IMG/VR virus record: IMGVR_UViG_3300045457_000281
Coordinates: 1 to 40,076 of that record
Strand: one strand, 5' to 3'
From: a virus
Lineage: Duplodnaviria; Caudoviricetes
DNA length: 40,076 nt
The notes under the pieces were generated by a model. That model made no database searches and had not been told where the DNA came from. It worked only from the letters and a program-made list of their open reading frames with translations. Below are positions 16,933-25,547 of the stretch, in pieces (the first letter of the stretch is position 1; each line of letters opens with the position of its first letter). The position numbers were made by a program, and so were the translations under genes.

Positions 16933-17466
16933 ATGAAGTCTATTCCTGGCAAGATTCTTTTTCGTAAAATTGGAGGAAAAATTATTCCTATCCGATTTAA
17001 GAACGTAAAGGATCTTGCTGCTCAAGAAAGCATGCCCGAATCAAAATTTAGGAAGATTTTAGCTGAAGGGCCAAGTGGTGAAATTTTTGGGTCAATGAAT
17101 CTTGAAATACCAAAGAACAAATCTTTTGCTTGGCTTGAAAGCGTCCAGGTTGAAAAAAAAGTACAAGGCAAAGGAATTGCAAAAAACCTATTTAAAAAAG
17201 CCTCTGAATTTTTAAAAAGGTCTGGAGTTAAGTTTTTACGGGGAAGTGATATTCAAAGTCCCGCTCAAGTAAAAATTCGAGCAAAACAGGGTCGATATAA
17301 AGCGGGTAAAGCCTACAAATCAAGATCTCGATTTTTTACAGATCAAGTTGGCCCTTATGGTGAACAATCAAAAAGAGTAATAAGTCGTGAGGCCATTGAA
17401 ATCTTAAAAAATAACAAATCTGGTAAGTTAATTTGGGGAACAACTTATTTAAAGCCGAAAAAGTAA
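16933..17466 (+). CDS. Basic protein: N-terminal FRKIGGKIIPIR tag + GNAT acetyltransferase domain
   Basis: WLESVQVEKKVQGKGIAKNLF is GNAT motif A (Q/RxxGxA acetyl-CoA loop); ATG 16933 follows the upstream stop. Confidence 0.75.
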   Translation: MKSIPGKILFRKIGGKIIPIRFKNVKDLAAQESMPESKFRKILAEGPSGEIFGSMNLEIPKNKSFAWLESVQVEKKVQGKGIAKNLFKKASEFLKRSGVKFLRGSDIQSPAQVKIRAKQGRYKAGKAYKSRSRFFTDQVGPYGEQSKRVISREAIEILKNNKSGKLIWGTTYLKPKK

Positions 17467-17488
17467 ATGATTATGAAAGATAGATATT

Positions 17489-18085
17489 ATGGCAGATAAA
17501 ACAAGCCCTTATACTTTTCGAGTTATTCGTGGTCGAGTTGTCCCAATCAAGATAACTGAGAGAGCCGATAGACAGGCCCTACAATATCAGCGCAAAAAAG
17601 CTCGTTACCATGAAGGTAAAAAATCTAAAGGTCAAAGATATGGCGAAGCAGGAGCAATGATTGCAGCAGGTGGCGCGGGCGTGGTAGGAGCGCAGTTTGC
17701 CGCTGGAAAAATTCAAAAATATATTAACACGAAACTTATTCCTGCTTATCGGTTTTCAAAAAACGTTCAATTTGCGGATAGAGCCTCAAAAGAAGCATTT
17801 AATCAAATTCGCAGGAATGCAAAAATTCAGGCAAAAATTTTAACTCGAAGTAAAAAATGGTTAAGAGGTGGTGCCGTCGTGGGCGCTACGGTTCTTGCCG
17901 CAAAAGGCTTTGAAAAAGCTGTAGAAACCTATAAAGGAAGGCCCCTATCTGACAGGGAATCAGTGGCCTATGGGACTGGTTTTGCTGCAACCGCAGGAGG
18001 TGCGGCGGCGTACAGTTTAGGTGTTTTGTCTGGTCAGGGAAGAAAAATAGGTTGGGTATTTAAAAAATTACGAATACCTCTTTAA
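17489..18085 (+). CDS. Basic protein: N-terminal FRVIRGRVVPIK tag + Gly/Ala-rich hydrophobic helices
   Basis: AGAMIAAGGAGVVGA, GGAVVGATVLAA, GFAATAGGAAAYSLGV segments. Confidence 0.8.
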   Translation: MADKTSPYTFRVIRGRVVPIKITERADRQALQYQRKKARYHEGKKSKGQRYGEAGAMIAAGGAGVVGAQFAAGKIQKYINTKLIPAYRFSKNVQFADRASKEAFNQIRRNAKIQAKILTRSKKWLRGGAVVGATVLAAKGFEKAVETYKGRPLSDRESVAYGTGFAATAGGAAAYSLGVLSGQGRKIGWVFKKLRIPL

Positions 18086-18088
18086 CCA

Positions 18089-18940
18089 ATGGATAGAGAA
18101 GACCAATTTTTTAATCTCGTTGATGCTGATGGTCTTGCTCAAAGCCATGCTGAAAAAGTCCTCAAATTAGAAGAACGACAAGCAAAGCAGTTATTAGGCA
18201 GATACAAAGAAATTCGCCAAGAGCTGAGAGACAGACTTGAACGGATTCCAGGCGATACGTTTACAGCGCAGCAAATGCGCGGTGTTTTAGTTCAAATTGA
18301 AGCTGCCATTCAAGCGATGACGGAAAGTCTTAAGCTCAATATGAGCGAGGAAGGCCGACAGCTTAGCGAATTAGCCATTGAAGATCTTACGGACGAAATA
18401 AACCGTTATCAGCGCAAATTTGGTAAACAACCATTAGTCCCTTTAAACCTTCGCGCTGCTACAATTGCGCTTGATGTGCAAAACTTCAAATTAACTCAAT
18501 ATGGTGCAAGTCTGGATAAATACGGCCAGGCCCTTATTAGTGACTTGACCTTAGAACTGAGTAATAGCGTTTTACTGAATGAGTCTTTGGGTAAAGTTGT
18601 CATGCGTTTAGGACAAAAGTTTCAGGCTGAAGAATGGCGATTATTACGCATTGCACGAACTGAACTGCACAACACTTATGGTTTAGCCAAACTTCAAGGA
18701 ATGCAAGACGCAAGAGACTCAGCAATGCCTGATTTAAAAAAAGCGTTATTTCACCCAATGGATCAAAGGACCGCTGAAGATTCAAAAGACTTGGCATTGA
18801 AAAACCCAATTGTCGATATTGATGAGCCATTTGAGCACACTTTTCAGGGTAAGAAATATGTCTTTATGGCACCGCCACAAAGACCCAATGATCGAGCGAT
18901 CTTGATTCCTTATCGTGATGAGTGGGTTAAAAACTCTTGA
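18089..18940 (+). CDS. MuF/SPP1-gp7-like minor head protein
   Basis: RLLRIARTE motif, D.RT and PP.RPNDR C-terminus; between portal and scaffold. Confidence 0.8.
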   Translation: MDREDQFFNLVDADGLAQSHAEKVLKLEERQAKQLLGRYKEIRQELRDRLERIPGDTFTAQQMRGVLVQIEAAIQAMTESLKLNMSEEGRQLSELAIEDLTDEINRYQRKFGKQPLVPLNLRAATIALDVQNFKLTQYGASLDKYGQALISDLTLELSNSVLLNESLGKVVMRLGQKFQAEEWRLLRIARTELHNTYGLAKLQGMQDARDSAMPDLKKALFHPMDQRTAEDSKDLALKNPIVDIDEPFEHTFQGKKYVFMAPPQRPNDRAILIPYRDEWVKNS

Positions 18941-18946
18941 TGAGCT

Positions 18947-18974
18947 TTGCCTATTCAGGGAAAGTTGGCATAAT
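18947..18974 (+). promoter_or_regulatory. sigma70-like promoter for scaffold/capsid genes
   Basis: TTGCCT-16 nt-CATAAT with extended TG. Confidence 0.45.
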
Positions 18975-19011
18975 AACTTAGCTACACAGCCTTGAAGGCG
19001 AAGGGAGCATT

Positions 19012-19713
19012 ATGGGTCAAGAGGCCGAAAAAACAAACGAAGACGCAGAAGCGCAAACCAGTAATCAAGCAGAAAGCAAGATTACAAAAGAACAATCGCA
19101 GACAACCACAAATCAAGAATCATCATCATCGGACGATGAGAATGATTTAGAGAAATGGGAACCTGCAAAAGTAAAAGATTACGTCAAAAAATTAAGAACT
19201 GAAAACAAGAGCTACCGCCAAAGAGCAAAAGGGTTAGAGGATCGATTAGGCTCAATTGAACAAGGGTTAAAAAAGGTTTTTGGTGTCGACGAGAATGAAC
19301 AAGTCGATCCTGAAACAAAAATTACTGAATTAACCCAAATCAATCAGATGAAAGATGTTCGATTAGCCATTCTGGAAACTGCATTGCAATCCGGGATTAC
19401 TGGATCAGACAACATTGAATACTTTGAATTTCTCATGGGTAAAAAGCTTGCTGAATTGAATGATGATGAAGAGCTTTCCGATGAGGATTTACAAGGCATT
19501 GTTGCAAGAGTTCAAGGTAATCAATCAAACACAATGAAAAACACAACCATTGTGCATGAAAAAGGAAAGCCAGCAGCAGAAGGAAAAGAGACTGTAAGCC
19601 TTGAACAATTCATGAAAATGTCTGTTATGGCAAAGAGCGAACTTTTTAGAACAAATGAAGCTCTCTATAACAAACTTTTGAAGGATGCTCGCGAGAAAAA
19701 GCTCTTTGTTTAA
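19012..19713 (+). CDS. Capsid scaffolding protein
   Basis: Acidic disordered N-terminus, YVKKLRTENKSYR coiled coil; directly upstream of the capsid gene. Confidence 0.8.
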   Translation: MGQEAEKTNEDAEAQTSNQAESKITKEQSQTTTNQESSSSDDENDLEKWEPAKVKDYVKKLRTENKSYRQRAKGLEDRLGSIEQGLKKVFGVDENEQVDPETKITELTQINQMKDVRLAILETALQSGITGSDNIEYFEFLMGKKLAELNDDEELSDEDLQGIVARVQGNQSNTMKNTTIVHEKGKPAAEGKETVSLEQFMKMSVMAKSELFRTNEALYNKLLKDAREKKLFV

Positions 19714-19733
19714 TCTCAAAGGAGCAATAAATC

Positions 19734-20627
19734 ATGGGAGCAACACTCTCGACAGATCTCGGTTTTGAACCAAAAGTCTTCGCTGACCACGTTCAAGCCT
19801 ATTTCCGACAAAAACTTATGTGGGGCGCCGCCGCTTTGGTGGATGAAACCCTTACTGCACAACCCGGACAAACCGTCCATTTCCCTTACTTCAAGAAAAT
19901 TGGAGATGCGGAAGAGCCAGCGGAAACCAACCAACTGCAAGTCGATAAATTGATCGACGATGCTTTTACCTGCACCGTGAAAGAAGTGGGTAAGGCCGTT
20001 GGTTTTACCATGCGATCCTTCCGAGCTTCTGCCGCTCGACGAGAAGAGATTCTTGCTGAAGCTGAAAGACAAATGGCTCGTGTACACGCTGAAAAAGTAG
20101 ACAAAGACCTCGTTGCTTTGTTGGCTAACTCAGCAAACTACACCCAAGGATACACAGCAACCGCATCTTCAAATACCTTGAACATTCGTTCTTTGAACTC
20201 AGCTCGAATTGGAGCTTTTGGTGACAAGCACGATGAAGCCGCCGTTGTTATGATGCACAGCCGTCAATTTCTTGACATGATGAATGATAGCACCGCTGGT
20301 TTCTTGAAAGCAGATGCTAACGATCCTTTGTGGCAAACTCCTGGCTTCCAAGGCCGCATTCTCGGAATGGCCGTCTTGGTGTCAGATCTTTGTCCTCAAT
20401 TGGCTGACATTGATGGCGCTGATGCTTTTGCTGGCTACATCATGAAAGCGAATCCTTACGGCATTTGCGTTGCCGAGCGTCCTGAAGTTGAGTCTGACAA
20501 GGACATTCTCTCACGAGAAATCGTTGTCACCGCTACTCAATACTACGGAGTGGTTGGACTACACAAAAAAGTGTCCGATGACGACGTACGAGTCGCTCGA
20601 TTTACTACGACTGTTTCGTCTCTCTAA
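19734..20627 (+). CDS. Major capsid protein (HK97 fold)
   Basis: PGQTVHFPYFKKIGDAE, KEVGKAV, VESDKDIL; strong RBS, double stop. Confidence 0.92.
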   Translation: MGATLSTDLGFEPKVFADHVQAYFRQKLMWGAAALVDETLTAQPGQTVHFPYFKKIGDAEEPAETNQLQVDKLIDDAFTCTVKEVGKAVGFTMRSFRASAARREEILAEAERQMARVHAEKVDKDLVALLANSANYTQGYTATASSNTLNIRSLNSARIGAFGDKHDEAAVVMMHSRQFLDMMNDSTAGFLKADANDPLWQTPGFQGRILGMAVLVSDLCPQLADIDGADAFAGYIMKANPYGICVAERPEVESDKDILSREIVVTATQYYGVVGLHKKVSDDDVRVARFTTTVSSL

Positions 20628-20639
20628 TAAGGGGATCAC

Positions 20640-21020
20640 ATGGCACTATCAAACTATAATAACGGTCATTCAGTATCGATCCATGTCAGTTCATTAACGG
20701 CTGATATTGATGTTCCTGCATTGCACTGTTTTAAAGATGTTGTCTTGGAATCAGTCGTATTGATTAACGGGGAGGACATTCCTGCCGATAATAGCAACTT
20801 CATTGAAGTTGAAATTAAAAATGGATCGACTGTCATTGCGAAATTAGACAGCCGAGCATCGGCACAGGGAGGCATTCAATCAATGGTGGCAAAGTCATTT
20901 CAAATTCTAGAACCATTGAATGATGTTTCTAAAGGGGCCACTCTCACAATCAACTATGATGAAACTGGTACAATTGGTTTAACAAGTGCCGTTGTTTCTC
21001 TATGGGTACGAACAAAGTAA
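20640..21020 (+). CDS. Putative head decoration protein
   Basis: Beta-rich 126 aa between capsid gene and terminator. Confidence 0.5.
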   Translation: MALSNYNNGHSVSIHVSSLTADIDVPALHCFKDVVLESVVLINGEDIPADNSNFIEVEIKNGSTVIAKLDSRASAQGGIQSMVAKSFQILEPLNDVSKGATLTINYDETGTIGLTSAVVSLWVRTK

Positions 21021-21028
21021 TGAGGCAG

Positions 21029-21059
21029 GCTGGGGGAGTCATTTCCCCCGGCTTTTTTT
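21029..21059 (+). terminator. Rho-independent terminator after the capsid operon
   Basis: GCTGGGGGA-GTCATT-TCCCCCGGC then T7. Confidence 0.85.
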
Positions 21060-21064
21060 GATTT

Positions 21065-21229
21065 ATGTCAGTAATGATGTCCAGACGACGAGCCCTTAAA
21101 TGCGCAAAACAAAGCATTGCGAGATCAGAAACATTGGCATCAATTGAATCTAAAGCCATGTTAGAAACCTCAAATGCTCCAATAAAGAAAAGGGAAACAA
21201 ATGGCTCTAAGCGCAGAAATAAAACATAA
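21065..21229 (+). CDS. 54-aa basic hypothetical protein
   Basis: MSVMMSRRRALK...; fills the gap before the neck genes. Confidence 0.45.
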   Translation: MSVMMSRRRALKCAKQSIARSETLASIESKAMLETSNAPIKKRETNGSKRRNKT

Positions 21230-21572
21230 GATTATTCGTTTTCTAGGCTTTTCCGCGAAATCTATTATTCCCGGTAGCACGCTCTATAAAAGTGCTTTAG
21301 CTGATGCCCTGAACAATTTAGATGAATATAGCGAACAAAGCCTGATTGAATTGGCATCACGCATTGAACGCATTGATGAGCGTTTAGATGGCGCTCTTGA
21401 TCGACTTTCCGCCATCCGCCTTGATGACATTCAATTGCGAGATGATGAGATTGAAAAGCTTAGAATGGAACGATCTCATCTCATTAAAGAAATGGGACGC
21501 CTGATTGATATTGCTCCTCAAAATTCTGCCGCAGGTTCTAACGGCGTTGGCTCAATAGGAGTTTGCATCTAA
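21201..21572 (+). CDS. Head-tail adaptor
   Basis: Helical 123 aa; position after capsid genes. Confidence 0.6.
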   Translation: MALSAEIKHKIIRFLGFSAKSIIPGSTLYKSALADALNNLDEYSEQSLIELASRIERIDERLDGALDRLSAIRLDDIQLRDDEIEKLRMERSHLIKEMGRLIDIAPQNSAAGSNGVGSIGVCI

Positions 21573-22039
21573 TGCGACCCCCAAAGGGCATTATTGATTC
21601 ACTTTTACCATCATCCGAAAGCATTTTAGGCATTAGAAATCTAATCGGAGCTGAAAAGGCTCGCGTTTATTTCCTTATTCGTAAGTGGGGCGGTGGTGAA
21701 ATTGGATTAGGAAACACCATTGATAAAACAGTAGAAATTCTACCCACTCCCCATATTTATTCATTTAGCCAAGATTTAAGATTAAATGAAGCCGCCGGGG
21801 TTCAACAGGGTGACATTGTTTTAAAAAACATCAGTAAGAATAAATATCCTAGCGAATCAGAAATCGAAACTAGAACTGATTCACCCGATATTCAAAAATT
21901 CTATGTGATTGAAAGTCGAAATGGGGAAAGAAAACTTTATCAAGTGGTTGAGATTGAAGAAAAATACCTAACTTGGAATATCCATATTAGACGACAAACC
22001 ACTGAAGATCAGGTTTTAAGGGAACTTAAACCTCTATGA
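21572..22039 (+). CDS. Head closure/stopper protein
   Basis: Synteny; TAATG coupling. Confidence 0.55.
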   Translation: MRPPKGIIDSLLPSSESILGIRNLIGAEKARVYFLIRKWGGGEIGLGNTIDKTVEILPTPHIYSFSQDLRLNEAAGVQQGDIVLKNISKNKYPSESEIETRTDSPDIQKFYVIESRNGERKLYQVVEIEEKYLTWNIHIRRQTTEDQVLRELKPL

Positions 22040-22500
22040 GAACAATCAAAACAATTTCAATTGAGGAACTTTCCAAGGAAATTGGTAAAAAATTTACAGC
22101 GGAACGAATTCAAGAGTTTAAACAAGCAACGTTAATGGGGTGTTATAAAAGCATTCCGATGATGGTCCAGCGCAGTCCCGTTGACACTGGTCTTTATGCA
22201 CAAAGCTGGGATGTTCAACATGACGAACAATCAGTAACGATTGGAAACTATGCACCACATTCAGTCATGATTGAATTCGGAACAAGACCTTTTAAGCCGC
22301 CCATTAAGCCTTTATTGGCATGGGCTAAAAGAGTTTTGAATGATGGAAGTCAACCGCCTAATTATAGCAATGAAGTATGGGCATTGGCCGTTGGAACCCA
22401 AAAGAAAATTGCTGAACAGGGCATGAAGCCACGCCGCATTTTTGAGAAGGCTTTGCCTGATATTATTAAAAATGTTCAGGAAGAAATGAAAAAACTATGA
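22036..22500 (+). CDS. HK97 gp10-like neck/tail-completion protein
   Basis: SPVDTG.Y..SW, IEFGTRP motifs. Confidence 0.8.
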   Translation: MRTIKTISIEELSKEIGKKFTAERIQEFKQATLMGCYKSIPMMVQRSPVDTGLYAQSWDVQHDEQSVTIGNYAPHSVMIEFGTRPFKPPIKPLLAWAKRVLNDGSQPPNYSNEVWALAVGTQKKIAEQGMKPRRIFEKALPDIIKNVQEEMKKL

Positions 22501-23063
22501 TTAGTGTTTCAGAAGAAATCACAGTTGCTCTGGCTGATTATTTGAAGGCAAAAATGCCTGAATTAAAAGCCGTCTATGATGAATTTCCGGAGCCTAATTA
22601 CAAAATTCAAACTCCCAGTGCGTCAATTATGACGCAAACGCCTACATTTACTACCCAAACGCCTAAACCACTTTCTTTGCCCGATTTAGATGCAAAGAAA
22701 CAAATGGATGTGAAGTGGATTATGGGACATTACCAAATTGTCCTTCAATTAGACCTTTGGGCAGCAAATAAGAGGCAGCGAAATCAGCTTTTTGAATCGG
22801 CTTTTATTGTTTTAAATGAACAAGTATGGCCACAAGGCTTGAACTTACCACTATATCGCTATTACAATCAGTATGCCCATTATCATGTTCGCGCTTATGA
22901 TCTCATGGAGTCAGAAGCAGGAAGTCAAAGACAAGAAAGACGTGCCAGAATTGATTTAGTCGCGGATGTAAACGCCATTGTCGAACGAAAAGAATATGGC
23001 ATTGCAAACCTTCAAATAAATAATGGTGACGATAATATAATTACAGAGCAAAATTTAACTTAA
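22497..23063 (+). CDS. Tail terminator/completion protein
   Basis: Synteny immediately before sheath; LQLDLWA. Confidence 0.6.
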   Translation: MISVSEEITVALADYLKAKMPELKAVYDEFPEPNYKIQTPSASIMTQTPTFTTQTPKPLSLPDLDAKKQMDVKWIMGHYQIVLQLDLWAANKRQRNQLFESAFIVLNEQVWPQGLNLPLYRYYNQYAHYHVRAYDLMESEAGSQRQERRARIDLVADVNAIVERKEYGIANLQINNGDDNIITEQNLT

Positions 23064-23078
23064 GGAGAGGGATAGAAG

Positions 23079-24539
23079 ATGTCTATTTTCAGAAGTAATG
23101 ACCCCACAACTTGGGGCGAAATTGACCAAATCGTAATTGATGAAAGAGCGCCAGCTCCATCAATTAAAGGTGTTGCAACAAACATCGCTGGGTATGTGGC
23201 TCGTTTTCAAAGAGGCCCTGAAAGCCTTGTAGAGGTTGGAACTACTCAAGAGCTGGAAGAAATTTTTGGTAAATCATCCGCATCAGGAAATGAAAACCTG
23301 AAAAACAAACGATTTGGCCGAATGAGAATTAGACGAGTCGTCGATAGCGGTGCCGCTCAAGCGAGCATTGATTTGGATGATTCAAGTTCAGCAGTTGCTT
23401 TGACATTGAAAGCAAAAGATAAAGGTGCTTACGGCAATAACATTGCTGTGAAAGTCGAAGCTGGCTCAGTTGCATCAACCGTTAAAATTACTGTATCAGA
23501 CTTAAACTCTGACGCCGTTTTGCCGAATGAAGTTTTCGACAATGTGGATGTAGCTGGAATGAGCCAAGATGCACTCAGCTCTCTCTTTTCTGCATCAAAG
23601 TTGGTTGTTCCTGTAGCTGTTTCACCACTTCCTACTGGCAATTTGGCCGTTGCGGCTGAAGCCAACATGACTGGTGGCGCGGATGGCAGTGCAGTTGATT
23701 CTTCTTACGAAGAGGCAATTGCTGATTTTGAACAAGAAAAAAGCTGCAACTTCCTTTTTGCAGACAAAGCTTCTGCCACTATTAACGGATATTTGGAAGC
23801 CCACGCTGCTGCGACCAAAGATAAAATGGTCATTGTGGCTGGATCAGAAAATGATTCAGTGGCAACCGCGGTAGCCGATGTTGCGAACTATCGAGATCAA
23901 GATGGACGCATCATTTATGCTTATCCTTGGATTGAAACGAGCATTGGTGGCGTATTGAAAATGCAAAGCCCTGCTTCTTGGATGGCTTCAGTGATGAGCC
24001 AAACAAGCCCGCATATTGATCCTGCTTATGTGAAAAACTCACAGTTTTTGACTGGAATTACAAAGCTCAAAAGAACCATTAGCAGAGCATCCTATATTCA
24101 GTTGAAAGATGCTGGAATTGCAGCATTTGAGTATGATCCTGATATTGGTCATAAAATCAAAAGCGGTGTTGTGACTCAAATTCAAGACAGTTCAAAGATT
24201 ATGATTTTGCGTCGTCGAATGGCAGACTATCTGACCACTTCAGTTGGGTATTATCTGAAGAACTTTCAAAATGCTGTAAACAATCGAGACAATCGGTTGG
24301 CTTGTGGAGCTGCAATTCAACAATTTGTTCAATTGCGTGAACAAGAGGGCATTTTGCCTAAAGACGATGAAGTGCAAGGTGGTCTTGCAAAATTGATTGA
24401 TGTTGAATCATTGAACACTGATGCAAGTATTGCTCAAGGCTATTTCAAAATTCTTTGGAAACAACGAATTTATAGCTCAATGCGTTTTATTGTATTAACT
24501 GCTGAAATCGGCGAAAGCGTCGTCGTAACGGAGGCTTAA
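23079..24539 (+). CDS. Contractile tail sheath protein
   Basis: 486 aa; KGAYGNNI, TGGADG, YPWI, RRMADY motifs. Confidence 0.9.
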   Translation: MSIFRSNDPTTWGEIDQIVIDERAPAPSIKGVATNIAGYVARFQRGPESLVEVGTTQELEEIFGKSSASGNENLKNKRFGRMRIRRVVDSGAAQASIDLDDSSSAVALTLKAKDKGAYGNNIAVKVEAGSVASTVKITVSDLNSDAVLPNEVFDNVDVAGMSQDALSSLFSASKLVVPVAVSPLPTGNLAVAAEANMTGGADGSAVDSSYEEAIADFEQEKSCNFLFADKASATINGYLEAHAAATKDKMVIVAGSENDSVATAVADVANYRDQDGRIIYAYPWIETSIGGVLKMQSPASWMASVMSQTSPHIDPAYVKNSQFLTGITKLKRTISRASYIQLKDAGIAAFEYDPDIGHKIKSGVVTQIQDSSKIMILRRRMADYLTTSVGYYLKNFQNAVNNRDNRLACGAAIQQFVQLREQEGILPKDDEVQGGLAKLIDVESLNTDASIAQGYFKILWKQRIYSSMRFIVLTAEIGESVVVTEA

Positions 24540-24543
24540 GAAT

Positions 24544-24972
24544 ATGGCGAATCCTAGTATTAGAGGCCACCAGGGCTCATTTAAAATTTATCAAGATGGA
24601 GGCGAGATCAGCATTTTTACGATCACAAGAGCCTCTGTGAACCAAGAAACATCTTTTAGCCGAGCTTTCTATGTAGGGGCTCGATTTGCTGAAGGCGATC
24701 AATCCCTGGACGGTTGGACAGGTGATTTTGAAATGGAAGTAAAAGGCCCTGAAATTGATAATTTCATGGATGCTTTGCAGGCCAATAACCTTTCAGGCAT
24801 CGGCGTAAGTGATTATGCCCTTGTGTTGAATGAGTATTATCCTGATGGTACTTCCAAAAGCTATGTTTACTTTGACTGCCAATTCCGGCTTTCAAAAACC
24901 ATGGCTGGTATGAATGAAAAGATCATGAAAACCTACGAGTTCCAAGCGGCTGGCCGTAAAGCGGTAAACTAA
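24544..24972 (+). CDS. Tail tube protein
   Basis: 142 aa following sheath. Confidence 0.8.
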   Translation: MANPSIRGHQGSFKIYQDGGEISIFTITRASVNQETSFSRAFYVGARFAEGDQSLDGWTGDFEMEVKGPEIDNFMDALQANNLSGIGVSDYALVLNEYYPDGTSKSYVYFDCQFRLSKTMAGMNEKIMKTYEFQAAGRKAVN

Positions 24973-25021
24973 TTGACTCTTAGGTAGAAAAAAGCGGTAG
25001 TTAAGGCGAGGAGGACTCCAG

Positions 25022-25360
25022 ATGAGTCAGGCGTACAAGCTAACATTGAAAACGGGCAAAATCGTGGTATTCCGCGAGCCTAAGATCAAAGACGAAACTA
25101 CTGCGACACAATTAGCGGCCTCAAAAGCTCAGGGCTCAAGTGCCATGCAGTTGGGGCCGCATTTGTTGATTGAAATGGTAAAGCTATTGCTTGTTTCAAT
25201 TAACGATAAAGCTCTGGGTCAGAAAGACAAAGAATCTCTGGAAGATTTGTTTTCTTACCGAGAGTGGCAAGAAATAAAAATGTTCATCACAGATCTTATT
25301 GGAGGAGATACTGAATCCCCAAAGTTAGAAATGGTGAGCATGACTTCGCCCCAAGCTTAG
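25022..25360 (+). CDS. Tail assembly chaperone (gpG-like)
   Basis: Between tube and tape measure; GAGGAGG RBS; contains slippery site. Confidence 0.8.
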   Translation: MSQAYKLTLKTGKIVVFREPKIKDETTATQLAASKAQGSSAMQLGPHLLIEMVKLLLVSINDKALGQKDKESLEDLFSYREWQEIKMFITDLIGGDTESPKLEMVSMTSPQA

Positions 25361-25539
25361 AAGCAAGAAAAGAAGTCGATAAAAGATTCTGGGAGCAAAT
25401 GGCGTACATATGCCGCCACACTTCATTAACACCAAATGATGTTTTTGAAATGACTCCCTACCAATATCGGATTTTTATAGAGAAACTATCCGATATTATA
25501 GCGCAGCAAAACGGGGCCGAAGCTGGTGGCAATAGGTAG
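25318..25539 (+). CDS. -1 frameshift extension of the tail chaperone (gpGT-like)
   Basis: In-frame C CCA AAG heptamer at 25318-25324; -1 frame open to TAG 25539 (...FWEQMAYICRHTSLTPNDVFEMTPYQY...). Confidence 0.8.
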   Translation, partial: PKVRNGEHDFAPSLEARKEVDKRFWEQMAYICRHTSLTPNDVFEMTPYQYRIFIEKLSDIIAQQNGAEAGGNR

Positions 25540-25547
25540 GTGAGACA

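Noticed and set aside
18089-18940. MuF-fused polymorphic toxin
   Set aside because: The protein ends right after the MuF domain (283 aa) with no C-terminal extension; any cargo is in the separate upstream genes.
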